NCBI GenBank assembly: GCA_028534125.1
Contig: JAPYYK010000103.1
Coordinates: 1,302,001 to 1,366,000, forward strand
Source of the DNA: Lama glama
Lineage: Eukaryota
Length of the DNA stretch: 64,000 nt
Direction: 5' to 3'
Shown: piece after piece, positions 38,311 to 49,977 of the stretch
Position numbering within the stretch: position 1 is the stretch's first letter
How the letters are laid out: every line of letters begins with the position of its first letter
Made by a program: the position numbers and the translations under genes
Notes under the pieces: generated by a model
Database searches by the model: none
Told to the model about the DNA's origin: nothing
Seen by the model: the letters and a program-made list of their open reading frames with translations, nothing else

Positions 38311-40021
38311 GAATGCAAAGTGGAGCCACTGTCCTTATTTGGAACCCAGGACAGATATTGATCAGGCTCCAATGATAGTCCAAGATGAAGTCTTTGTGTA
38401 CAAGGCTCCATTTTACTTGTTACACAAGTGTGCTCTGTTCTTCCTGACAGCAAATCATACAAAGAGCAATTGCACTTCACAATATTGTTAAAAATATTAT
38501 GAGCCAAAGGCTAGCCTTGGAACTAAAGGACTATAAAAATAATCTTTTTGTGTTAAAAAAATGTCTAAAAACATAATTATGAGATTTTTCTAAGCTGAGG
38601 AGGCTCTAAATCCTATGTCATTGAAGGGCATTAAAGAACCAACTCTCTAGGACAGTCTGCCTGACATTTATGATGGAAGGTGGAGGAAGGGAGTCTAATA
38701 AAAACTCAAGAGTCCTGGGTCTCTTCCCCAGAGCTTCTAATCCAACAGGTCCTAGAAATGCTCAGGAACCTACAACTTAATAAGCTTCCTAAACTTAGAA
38801 CAACTTATTCATAGAAAAGATTGAGAGTGTCTGAAACTCCATAGGATGAACAAAGTGTAGACCAACAAACAAACAAAAGCAAAAAAGCAGAAGAAAGAAA
38901 GTGGGAACAATATCAGCATTCCTCTTTGGGCCAGTACGCAGAATCAGCTACTACTCTAGGAACCAAGCAGTAGCCTCACTTTCAAAAGCAGAGTAAATCC
39001 CTTCAAAAAGTACAAGAGAAAGCAAGTACCTTCAAACAGAAAGACTACAACGGTCCAGCGGAAAGAACCTGGACTTGGAAGAAGACAGCTATACGTTCAC
39101 TCATGTCCTGGCTGGCTCACTCACAGGGTGCTACTGATAATTCTCCATCTCCTCTCATTTTTACTTTCTCTGCAAAAGAATAGTACCTAATGCTTAGCTG
39201 TGGTGAAGATTAAAAGAACTATTATGATTTTGACACATTGTAGCTATTTAATAAATATCTATTCTTCTGTCTGCTCCCTGTTAGAAACAAAAGTTCCAAA
39301 AGTGATAAATAGATTCTAAGTTGACTAATCCCCACCCCTGGTCTTTAACCTTTTCAGAAAGAAGAGCTTGCATCCCATTATTTTTTAAAGGCCAGAAAAG
39401 GAAATTCATTAGCATCTCTTAGTCATTTGTTCTGGGAACATCACTTATACCAGGAGTGCCTTCCTCAAACCCCACCTAATGAAACTAAAACCTATTATCT
39501 ATCCCAACATGTACTTATGGAGAAGGAGAAAAATTAAAATGAGACAGTTTGGTTACTCAAAGGTCAACAAGCTTAACAGCAAGAGCGGAAAAGATGAAAA
39601 TTTCCTGCCACTCGACTAACTCACCACTTCTAGAATAGATTTCTTACTTCGTATTCTATCAATTCCCGTTGGTTTGGTATTAATTATAGTACCAACTGCC
39701 CTTTGATATGTCTGTATTCATTCAAGCAACATATGCTGAACACAAGTCCTAGACATATGTTGAACGTATAAATGAAGATGAACTGGTCCATTTCCCTCTG
39801 GGATCACTGAGGGCAAGTTCACCTAAAGTGAAATCTAAGTTACTATCCCTTTCAGATGCTCAACGGAGGCAGAAATGCCTAAATTTTCTGCCTCTGTATT
39901 TACTGTGGTTGCTCCTGGGTTGTCTATGTACCATTCTCATCTTTAACAAGATGCCTGCAGGATGGCTACAATTCACCTGGTTCTACCAACCTGGGCAAAC
40001 TGTTGGGAATACAGTCTAGAT

Positions 40022-40229
40022 CAGGGTTTGACAACCTTTTTTCTGTACGTTGCCAGATACTTAATATGAGCCACTAAATCTAGGGTCTCTCTTACAATTA
40101 TTCAGCTCTGTAATTGTAGCAGAAAAGCAGTCAGACAACATAAAAAAGATGGATGTGGCTGTGTTCCAGTACACCTTTATTCATGAAAGCAAGTGGTAGT
40201 CAGACTTCGGCCACAGCTTGCTGACCCTG
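40022..40229 (+). mobile_element. MER58A (hAT-Charlie) with 8-bp TSD
   Basis: CAGGGTTTGACAAC...TCAGCTCTGTAATTGTAGCAGAAAAGCAG...GGCTGTGTTCCAGTA...TTGCTGACCCTG; TSD GTCTAGAT / TTCTAGAT (7/8). Confidence 0.8.
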
Positions 40230-41726
40230 TTCTAGATTCTTTAGACCAGAATTACTAGTTACTGACCCTTTGCTGTTTATCTTGAGATTACACACACACA
40301 CACACACACTCACTCTCCCTCTCTCTCACTCACTCTCTCTCTAATGGGGGAGAGGGAGATAGCAAAGAAAAAAGACAAAAGAAAAAAGCAGAGGTTCTTC
40401 TGACAAAGAGCTTTTCGAAAGAATTTTAATAAGAATAGGATAAACATCAAATTACATTGTAGGGAGATATAGCCTGTGATTGGATTTGAAGCTCTGTACA
40501 AATGACCCCTTGATGGCTGCTGAGGTTGAATGACTAAATTTAAAAACAAACCAAAAAAAAAAAAATAGCAAAACCTTCATAGACTCAAGTTCCATTCCGA
40601 CTATACTGAACTGCCGTCACCACGCATACATTAGAATTTATATCACTTGGCCCAAAAAAACCAGGTGATGCGTAGAAATAATTGCTGAAAGACCCAGAAG
40701 AGGTTTGACATAAGGTGTCTCAAGCATGCTTGGGAGATATCCACCCAGCCTGCTCCTCTTGATAGCTGTGTAAAGTCATTGACATTTCAGAGTAAGCAGA
40801 TGTCTTTCAATTTGATTTGATTTTAGAAGAGCCACTTGCCGACAACCTGAGATATGTGTCTGATCTACATAAGATGTTATAAGCCCTAAGAGTACCTCTG
40901 AATGAGAGGTGAGGTTCATAAGTTAAGAATATATTATCAGCCATGTTAATAACACCTTCACATTTTTTAAAATTTTCCCTTTGAAAGAGTTTTCAGTTCA
41001 CCTTGCAGATTCTGTCATGTTCAAAGATTAAATGGGGAACACAGGAGCTAATGTGCATAAAAAAAATAATTAGTAACCAATGGTCGTGGGTGCATCCCTG
41101 TTGCCAGCTCTACTTACAGCTCTGACTTAAGATTCTGTGACTCACCATGTAAAGAAAATTACAATGTTTCTGACCTTGCACAGGTAAACTGACCCTTTAT
41201 ACAGTGTCACAGCAGGAAGAACCTGGTTTGTTCACTGTTTTTATGTGTTGGCATCTCTAATCAAGGCACAAAGCCTCGCTCAAACTTCATAATGCAACCG
41301 TAGCTGGAGTTCTGAGCCAATACATTGTTATTTTCCCTGCTGAGAACATCAGTCATTTCTCAGGCCATATCTTTATAATGTTGTTTCTTCTCCTGAAATC
41401 TGTGAGCACTTAGCATCTAGGAAGGTTATCAAAACTTAACTCCTTCACCCCTCATTCTGTCTTCCTCTCTTCTCCTTTCTCTCATTCTAAACATGTATGG
41501 CCTTCCAACCACATGCAATGACATGTGGGGCCCTTGGATTCCAGTGACATGAAAAACTCAGTGTTTCACCCCTTTATACAAGACTCTGAAGGCTCGAGCC
41601 ACAGCCTGCTGTGGAATAAACACCTTTCTTCCCCTCAAATAGAGCTCCAAGATAACATAAGATTATCCACTTGGTGAATGAGCCACCTTAACCTTCACAA
41701 TTCTCCTTCTTTCCCTCTTAGAAATT

Positions 41727-41930
41727 NNNNNNNNNNNNNNNNNNNNNNNNNNNNNNNNNNNNNNNNNNNNNNNNNNNNNNNNNNNNNNNNNNNNNNNNNN
41801 NNNNNNNNNNNNNNNNNNNNNNNNNNNNNNNNNNNNNNNNNNNNNNNNNNNNNNNNNNNNNNNNNNNNNNNNNNNNNNNNNNNNNNNNNNNNNNNNNNNN
41901 NNNNNNNNNNNNNNNNNNNNNNNNNNNNNN
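41727..41930. other. Assembly gap (204 N)
   Basis: Run of N characters. Confidence 1.
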
Positions 41931-42965
41931 ACTTGTCTGGAGTACAAACACTTTCAATGCTGAATATCACTCCTGGTTGTCAATTAGGAAAACCACCCAA
42001 GAAAACAACAGAGGCTGAGAACTTTTTTCTTAAAGAAGACCTGAAAGTTTATTCATTCAGGACTTAGGAATTTTTTTTTCCATACTAAAAAGCTATCTCA
42101 GCATGGTAACGGAAAAACAAAACAAAACATAATCTTACTGGATAATTAAAATCAGTTCAATGCCACAAGCATTTGAGCATGTATTATTGAGGAAAGAAGT
42201 AGAGAGAGATTTTAAACCCTTATCAAAGCTTATGAATCTCTCTGGGGATACAAAGCACCTTTGAACAATTGGAAATTAACATGTACTCATCATCAAGAAT
42301 GAAGTTTGAAAAAATCCTGGTTCCCATGTTATGCTGAAGACAATTTGTGCTTTGGAGTAAAGAAAATCTATGTTTTGGATTTCTGGGGAAAGGTTTATGG
42401 AACAGAAAGAATATCAAAAACAGTCAATCTAAACGGTGCTATAGTGATTATACTGTGGGTTCTTTTTTTTTTCCTTTTGCTTCTCTATATTTTCTGATTT
42501 TGTACCTCATACATGAATTATTTTGTTTGAAAAGATAATAAAAAATTTTAAGGGGGAGCTTAGAGAAAAGAGAAAGAAAAAGTATACTTTTCAATTTCCT
42601 CAGAGAAAACAGGACTAGATGTCCTGCTTTTTGGCCCTCAATTATTAAATGGTCCCTACTTCACTCCAAAGAAAAAGACTCATGGCCAAACATCTAAAGA
42701 TCATTTTTGACCACGAGGTCAACAGCAAAGGACTGAGATTTGGCAGGTCTTACAAAAAGACTGCATTCATTGTTCTGGCAAATCCAAGAATTAAAAAGTC
42801 TATCTCTGAGCATTGCTGGGGCAAAGAAGTGAAGGGCAGCCTCAGAGCAGGGGAAGCAGAGATGCTCACTGCCTCATTTACATCCTTATATTCTGATAAC
42901 GAAGAAGATAAGGTGGTGGGAGCCATGGGGGAGATTAGTTTCTTAAAAATCATTAAAACCAAGTT

Positions 42966-42970
<5 letters not shown>

Positions 42971-43012
<42 letters not shown>
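42971..43012. repeat. (CA)21 microsatellite
   Basis: Directly visible, uninterrupted. Confidence 0.95.
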
Positions 43013-43015
<3 letters not shown>

Positions 43016-44319
43016 CTCATCTTGGTGTGAGTGGCAACATTGACGAAGCTGTCCCAAGATTATAGAGGAGGCTGTCTTTCCCAAGTACCCTGTGATTACT
43101 ATTGATCTGTTCAGCTCATTGCAACTCAGCCTCACCAGGCTGGTCATGAAAGAGGAATGGATGCTATTAAAGATCCTAGGAGCTGCTCTGCAGGTATCAT
43201 TCATTAGAAGTGAACTAAATGTACTGACTTCCAAGCATAAAGAGATTATGTAGCAGATTCATTCTCTTTCCAGAATCTAGAACCACGATGCCCTCAAATA
43301 AAGACAGGTTGAAGGGGAAGCACCTACTCTTAAAGCATGACAGGGAAGCTCAGCGTTACTGGACAATACAAGTAACTGAGCAAAGCCAGGACTGGAGTAG
43401 TTGGCTTCCATAACCAGCCATTACTTATTAAGCTATCATGTATCGAGAGCTATGTCAGGCACTAAAGAGAACGTTCAGAAAGGGATAACCAGGGATGTAG
43501 GAAAGGCCAAGGTTTCAGAGGCTAACCTTAAAACACAGTGGTCTGCAAAGACCAAAGGGTTGAAGGCTTCTGATATAAAGTAAAGTATCAGTTACAACAA
43601 GTGTTACAAATTGATTACCAATGGACACACAAATCAGCCACATGAGAGAGCATTAATGCATTAATGCTAATAAATGACTATTGATCAATATTGATTAAGA
43701 ATTGATCATGATTGTGCTATTTCAATAAATTCAAGGAAACTAAATATATTGTTAAAACTATAGAAGTGGTGACTAAGTTAAATTGAAAATTAAATCAGAA
43801 ATGTGTTGATTGATCCTATTTTGAGGTAATGCCACAATTTCATTTCAGCAATAATTTACACCATGATCTGTATTTTGGGCTAAAAAGAAGAGAAATTAAA
43901 ATGGTAAAATCACACCAGACATTCACTAATCTTAGATAGATTAAAGGGTTATAGGAAAATGAAAAATGTTATTACTGTGGCACAGTCAAGAGACTCTAGA
44001 TTAAAATATAACTTCCCAATAAAGAAAAAGACACAAAGTGCTTGGCACATAGTAGGCTTTCAATAAGTGGTAATTAGTAGCAGTAGGACAAATAATTGGA
44101 TTACAAAATAGTCTCATATGTGAATTACAGAATCACTCTAAAAAGAAACAGAATCTAGTATTGAGCACTTCAGAGATTTACTTTCTGAAGCTACAGTCTG
44201 TAATGTTTAAATGACTATAATTTTCATTACAAATGTATTGTTTCCTAAAGTGCTGGCAATTTTCTGAATACCCTGTGTTTTCGTGTTATTTCTCTCTCAT
44301 ACTGATACACTATACCTGG

Positions 44320-44510
44320 AAATGGAGTGGCTAGTAGAAAAAGCCACAAACTATGTGTCAACAGGACTGGCTTCTAGTTTTTCCTCTATCACTGACCTTC
44401 ATGGGTGACCTGAAGCAAATTCCCAACTCTTTGGCCCTTTGTTTTATCAACTATAAATGGGGACAATGCTGGCTCCTTCCCGCCTTCCATGGTGTCATTA
44501 AGATCAGAGC
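44320..44510 (+). mobile_element. MIR fragment
   Basis: GGGTGACCTGAAGCAAATTCCCAACTCTTTGGCCCTTTGTTTTATCAACTATAAATGGGGACAAT. Confidence 0.55.
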
Positions 44511-44918
44511 AATAGAATTCAAGAATTTTTTTTGGAATCTTAGAGGAAAATGCATGGAACACAAGCACTTCTCCATTCTTCAGAAGTTGGTTTGAGGTAG
44601 TACATATTTTATAGAGTGAATGAAAAAAATAAAAGATTAGTGGCCTAATAAAGAGCTAAAGCCTCCTTCTTGATAAGATCAAGCTGCCGGAGGCCAGCTC
44701 CACAATTAGAAGGTACTTGAGGCTGGTCCCTGTATGTTAAGGAGATTTGAGCCCCACTTGTGTTTCATGGTAGAAACAGCACTGAAAGGAAGTCAAAAGA
44801 TAGAGGCCATGAGCGACACAGGGGAAGTAATCAAGACCTCCCTGTTGACCACAGAGGTGGTGTCAGGGTTTTGCTGAGAACTCACAGGTCATAGATGACC
44901 AATAAAATAAGAGTGAAT

Positions 44919-44994
44919 AATAAGGCCTGTATGCACTAAGTGCCTAATATATGAATGAGTAAACAGGTTTGAATTTAGAGTTCCCTTTACTCAT
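44919..44994 (+). repeat. 76-bp dispersed duplication, copy 1
   Basis: 71/76 identical to 47878-47953, same orientation, ungapped. Confidence 0.9.
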
Positions 44995-46004
44995 AAGAAT
45001 TTCTTTAATAAAAGTTTTCAATCCTAGTTTTACTCTTGGGAAATCACTTAGCCCTGGTGACATTACATAAAATGAGGGTGGCAATATTTTCCTTTGCCAA
45101 CTTCACAGGTTTTTATTCCATGATCAACCCAGTGTCACTTCAATGACTACCTCAGACAGAGACAACCTACTTTCCACTGGACTGAATGTGCTATTTGCAT
45201 GCAAAAAACAAAGCCAGTGATACAAAGCAGGCAATGATGTTCTTTCTCCTCAATTAGACTGCAAGCTCCTAAAGACAGAAGAACCCATGCCCTAGACCTT
45301 ACTTCAAGCATTGTATTAGGCACTGGAGGAACGAAACAGAACTCATTTTTAAGAAATTAATTACCACAGATGTGAAGGCATCTGAGGAAATTTAAACGTA
45401 TTTAAGATTCCAAGGAGCTGTTTTTAAAGAGGCCTAAGTGCCACAAGAAGTACCAGAGAATGATTATTTGCACAACTTCAAGGTCATTCCAATAAACATT
45501 TTCTTTCAATGGGAGATTTTTAAAAAGGGGCCTTTATTTTATGTATTCAGAAATTAGACATAATCCTTCTATAGCTTCAGAGGATGATGGAGAAAGTCAA
45601 GATGTTACTTTCTGAGACAGGAGGCCAAGGCATCCTGGGACTAAGCCCCATTCTTCGGTTCCCCAGACCACTCAGACATTGGCAGAAAGCACAACTTCCT
45701 TGCCTTATGAGCTTTAGTAGCTCTAGTGGGCAGACAACATGGCCACTGCCCCTGCCAACTCTCCTTTGGACACAACGCTGAGGAATCAAAAGGCATAGGC
45801 CAAGGTTCAAGGGCCTTGCATCTTTAAATGCCAAGCAGCAACGACATCACCACCTGCGAGCTGGTGAGCAGTTGAGTCTCAGTGAGAATGCGTACCTAGT
45901 GAAAGAGAGCCCCAGGTGACTTGTGTGCATATTAAAACAACAGAAGCACTGTCCCAGGTCTAGCTTGGCAGTGATAGTCTCTGCTCTTCCAACAGCTTTG
46001 TACT

Positions 46005-46170
46005 AATGCTTCTTTTCAAAATGTACTGTGCGAAGAACTACCTTCTGGGGTGAATCATCTGGGGTGTTGGGCAAAATACGGATTTGGGGGCTCTCCCAAA
46101 TACCTACTGAATTTTTCAATAATCCCTGAAGGTAATTCTGATGCACATTCAGTTCTGGGGACCACTGCTT
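46005..46170. mobile_element. MER5B-like MITE
   Basis: GAATCATCTGGGGTG...AAAATACGGATT...ACCTACTGAAT...GGTAATTCTGATGCAC...GGGACCACTGC. Confidence 0.55.
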
Positions 46171-47017
46171 CATTCTTCAGTGAAGGCTGGTTCTCAAGAC
46201 CCTTGACTCTGTTTCCCGTCCATCTCTCTCTTAATTCAGAACTCTGACATTTTAGGTTGACTTTCTTTTTCCCTCTATTTACACAGATTAAATCTTTTTT
46301 TCTTATCTCTAAATCATCTGGGGATTGTTTTCCTCTAATAAAATGGCTACACTCCTGATTAAGGAAAAGTGATAAACCTGCTGTCAATTACCTTAATTGA
46401 TCTGACAACCTGATTAGGCCCAGAAAGGGGAAGGTTTCCTTAGCAGAACCTTATTAAAAAGGAGAAAACAAAACAAAGGCCCATGTAATTAAAATGTGAT
46501 CGCTGGCAATGAGTATGTAAAATCAGCCCTGAGAGGTATTAGTGATGGGAAAACATTTCTAAATGGCATCTTAGGGAGACAAAGGAACACAAGACGGTCA
46601 AACAAATCAGTGGGCTACCAGGGGAGAATGCTTAACAGAAACGCAACAATTTTTCTGAATTCTACTCACCAGTAGCTTTGACACGAACAAAATCCACTCT
46701 TGGTTTAAGGTGGGAAGAGTGTAGTTACTGGTCCCATTTGTTGTACTGTGAACCCCAAAAGAATGCCTGTTACTGGCACCATTTGTGGTTACACAAGTGA
46801 CTTTTTTTCTTCTCTAGACAACTATGCTTAAAGTAGAATCTTGGGTCCATATCTCAGTGGGGGCTGAGTAAGTTGTCCTCTGGAACTGAGTTCGGGGCAT
46901 CAATGCCACACCCTAGTCACCATGACTGCTTCAGCAAAACAGCCAGCACTTAGCCCGTGTTCCAGACTCAAGGCGTCTTCTTTTAGAATTATTTGCGATC
47001 CATTTTCTCTAACTCAC

Positions 47018-47518
47018 TATCAGACAAGTGGGGACTGAAGAGGGATTCAAGGTGAGCTGCCCCACAGGAAAAATGCACGAGGAGCCGCCATACCGCAAAA
47101 CAGACTGTTTGAGGAGCTGACATGGAGCGAAACAGCACTTTACTGCATTATAGGCGAGTGGTGCGTGCCGCGGGCAGCGGCGGCGGCAGCGGTGGCAGCG
47201 GCGGCGGCCACACCTCCTACTTCAACAAGATGGCGCACACCCGCGTGGCGCACTTGCCCTGCTCGTATCTATTTTGCCCACACATGCGCATTGTTAGTCT
47301 TTGTTCATACTGCCTACATACTACTACTAGCGCATGCGTACCTTTACTTCTTTGGTCATAAGGCTTACATAACTGGCGCATGCGTAGTGTGTATGCTACT
47401 GGCACATGCGTACATTTACCTTTTACCAGGTGCAAGCTATTGTGAACTTTGGCCTGGTCTCCACAGCCTGTTCACTTAAGGGTGGACCCCATGGCCCACT
47501 CACTTATCGCTGCCAACA
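47018..47518 (-). mobile_element. Young CpG-rich solo LTR of an endogenous retrovirus (family not recognised)
   Basis: Minus strand begins TGTTGGCAGCG and ends GTCTGATA (expected CA, one transition); flanked by CTCAC(T) at 47013-47017/8 and 47519-47523/4; U3-like repeated GCGCATGCG motifs, AT-rich box, GCCATCTTG and AGTAAA in LTR order; abrupt CpG enrichment. Confidence 0.7.
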
Positions 47519-47877
47519 CTCACTCTCAGTGGAGCACACCTTCTGAACTCATCCCACCCCTGGGTAGCCCTCAGGCCTTCAAGAACAGAAATGCAATATC
47601 GTGACTGTGTTACTTTACACAACAAAAATATCCAGGTCCCAAGCGTGCTGAGAAATAGAATATTATTAGCTAATTAGGATGAACTGTCACACTGGAGTGT
47701 TTGATTAAATTAATTAATCAAGCTGATGATTGGTCTGGAGGGGGTAGGAAGCTGTCTGTACAGTGCACCTGGTAAATTGTGCTATTAACCAGTGGTCCCT
47801 TAGAAATTTAAAGAAAAAGTATTTTTGGATCAGAAATAAACAAGTTAGCATAAATTGATATACTGATCAGAATAAAC

Positions 47878-47953
47878 AATAAGGCTTGTGTGCAGTAGGT
47901 GCCTAATATATGAATGAGTAAACAGATTTGAATTTAGAGTTCCCTTTACTCAT
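47878..47953 (+). repeat. 76-bp dispersed duplication, copy 2
   Basis: 71/76 identical to 44919-44994. Confidence 0.9.
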
Positions 47954-49958
47954 CATTATACTCAAGTCATCAGAAGTTTCAATTTGGATCTTTAAATTGA
48001 ATACAATGATTTCCTTTTTGACAATTACACAGAATAATAGATTAAAAGAGATGAAAAAAGAATCAACATCACAGACTTTTGTCTTAATTTAGGGCTTCAA
48101 CTAGACAAACCCATCCATCCACTCTTTTTTAAAGACATAAAGAAGAATTAAAAGACCTCTAGCTTTGTTGACAGTCTACTCCCATGACTAGCTGACTTAA
48201 GAGAGGTACTGCTCTTTCATTTCCTTTTGGGCAGAGATAAACCTTTCCTTCCATTGCAGCTCTTCCAAGGTGCTAAGCATCAACACAGCCTTAATTCTGA
48301 CCAATTCACTTCAAAACTAGCATTCTATGCCAGACGACATTTTGCACAAGACCCTGATTATGCTTGACACAAAGCCTTCTCCATATCTGTGAGTAAAGTC
48401 TCCAAGCATTTTATACTTTAAACAAGTTTGCTGCTAGGCTAATCTGCAGATGTGAAATTGAATAAAATGGACCAAGATTTCCCCTGTAGTCAAAGCACCT
48501 GGGATACCTGTCAATGGGTCACCAACTCTCCTTGGTGGCCCTAGAATGAAACAACAGTTCAGATAGGATTGCAACTGCATGCTAGTTCTCTGATTCGAAA
48601 ACAACCTTTTATTCTAAGTCACCTAGAGTTTGACTTATTTTAAACAGAAGTGACTGTTTACCCATTTCAGATGGTCCCTAGACAATTCCTTCAGTTAATC
48701 ACAGTGCGGTATTAACTGGGAAGGCTCAGGGACTCTATGATTCTTATGCTCTGTAGAACACCTAGCACATTTCACTACTCTGTGCCAGCATTTACTGAAG
48801 TGTTCTCACGGTTCAAAGCCTTTAAACTTAAATAATAAAGGTTGTAGGAACATATGTTGGGACTTTATCAAAGCCCATGATTCATCCATCCATTTACTCA
48901 TTCATTTATACGTGCACCCATTCCAACTATTCCACAGTCTTTCATGGAGTCTCCTTCAGGCAAGATGTAAATATAAATAAGGATAGTTCTTACCCTTCTA
49001 GAGTTCGTAGGGTGTAGCATTAACATTCCAAAGTGCTTTAGATAAATTATACCCCATATATTATCTACAAACTCTGTGTTTTAAATGAACATTTTAGGGG
49101 GGGTCCTAAACATAATTTAAAAATTATTTCTAAAACTCTCTTTACAGACTCACAGGAGGAAAAAAAAGATCCATTTGAAAACTTTATCAACTACCATTTC
49201 CCTAACTTCACCCAAGGATGGAGCTTTTCTCTTCCTCTTCCTCAGAGCCTGGTTCAAAGGATAAAGCTTTTGTCATCGGATACTCAATTTGGTCACATTC
49301 AATACATACTTCAAAAAATTATAATGTATAAAATCAACAAAATGGGTAAGAAATAACTTCTTTTTATCTAAAATATTTACTTTTGCTCAGATTATATAAA
49401 GATATATTCATTTAAAGCTACTTATCTGTATATTTTTTCCTCCCCCATTTGCCTAGAAGCTCTATGAGGGCAAAAGATATACATACTTCTGATCATTAGC
49501 ATATTACCCACACCCAGCACAATGCCTTAGCCATACTACATTCAATAATTATGGATGCAATGAATGAAACAAATGAATGAAATTAACGCAATATAATCTT
49601 TCGCCTCCAAAGTTGTGAACATCCCTAATAGTCTTAAAATTAAAAGATGCTGTTGTCACATGCTACATCTAGTATAGTGAAAATAAGTAGAAAATGCTGC
49701 AGATAATTTCCAAGGCCCAGGAAAGGTAATTTCCTTTTTTTTTCTTTTCCTAGAAGAATTACAGAGAAAAAAGAAAATGTAAGTGGAAAAGAATAAAAGG
49801 AAGCGCGAAGGGAGAGTTTAGCTCAAATGACAAACTAAACATTTTCACTCAACACTTTATAGTCTTCAAAACTGGGTAACGATCTTCCCAGCTCCTCAGG
49901 CCGGTGTAGCGTGAGGTTGAATACATCATCAGTTCTGACATAAAACATGAGTTTGCAA

Positions 49959-49977
49959 GTAAACAGGAAGTTTATCT
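49959..49977 (+). promoter_or_regulatory. FOX:ETS composite motif with adjacent GATA site
   Basis: GTAAACAGGAAGT (49959-49971) immediately followed by TTATCT (AGATAA on the minus strand, 49972-49977). Confidence 0.45.

Noticed and set aside
41663-42067. Several ORFs spanning 41.7-41.9 kb
   Set aside because: Artefacts of the N gap.
42649-43234. ORFs with HTHT/CVCV repeats
   Set aside because: Translations of the (CA)21 microsatellite.
47122-47479. Poly-Ala / Gly-Ser ORFs suggesting a transcription-factor exon or retrocopy
   Set aside because: They come from the GCC-like tract inside the TSD-bounded LTR; there is no coding continuation and no poly(A) tail.
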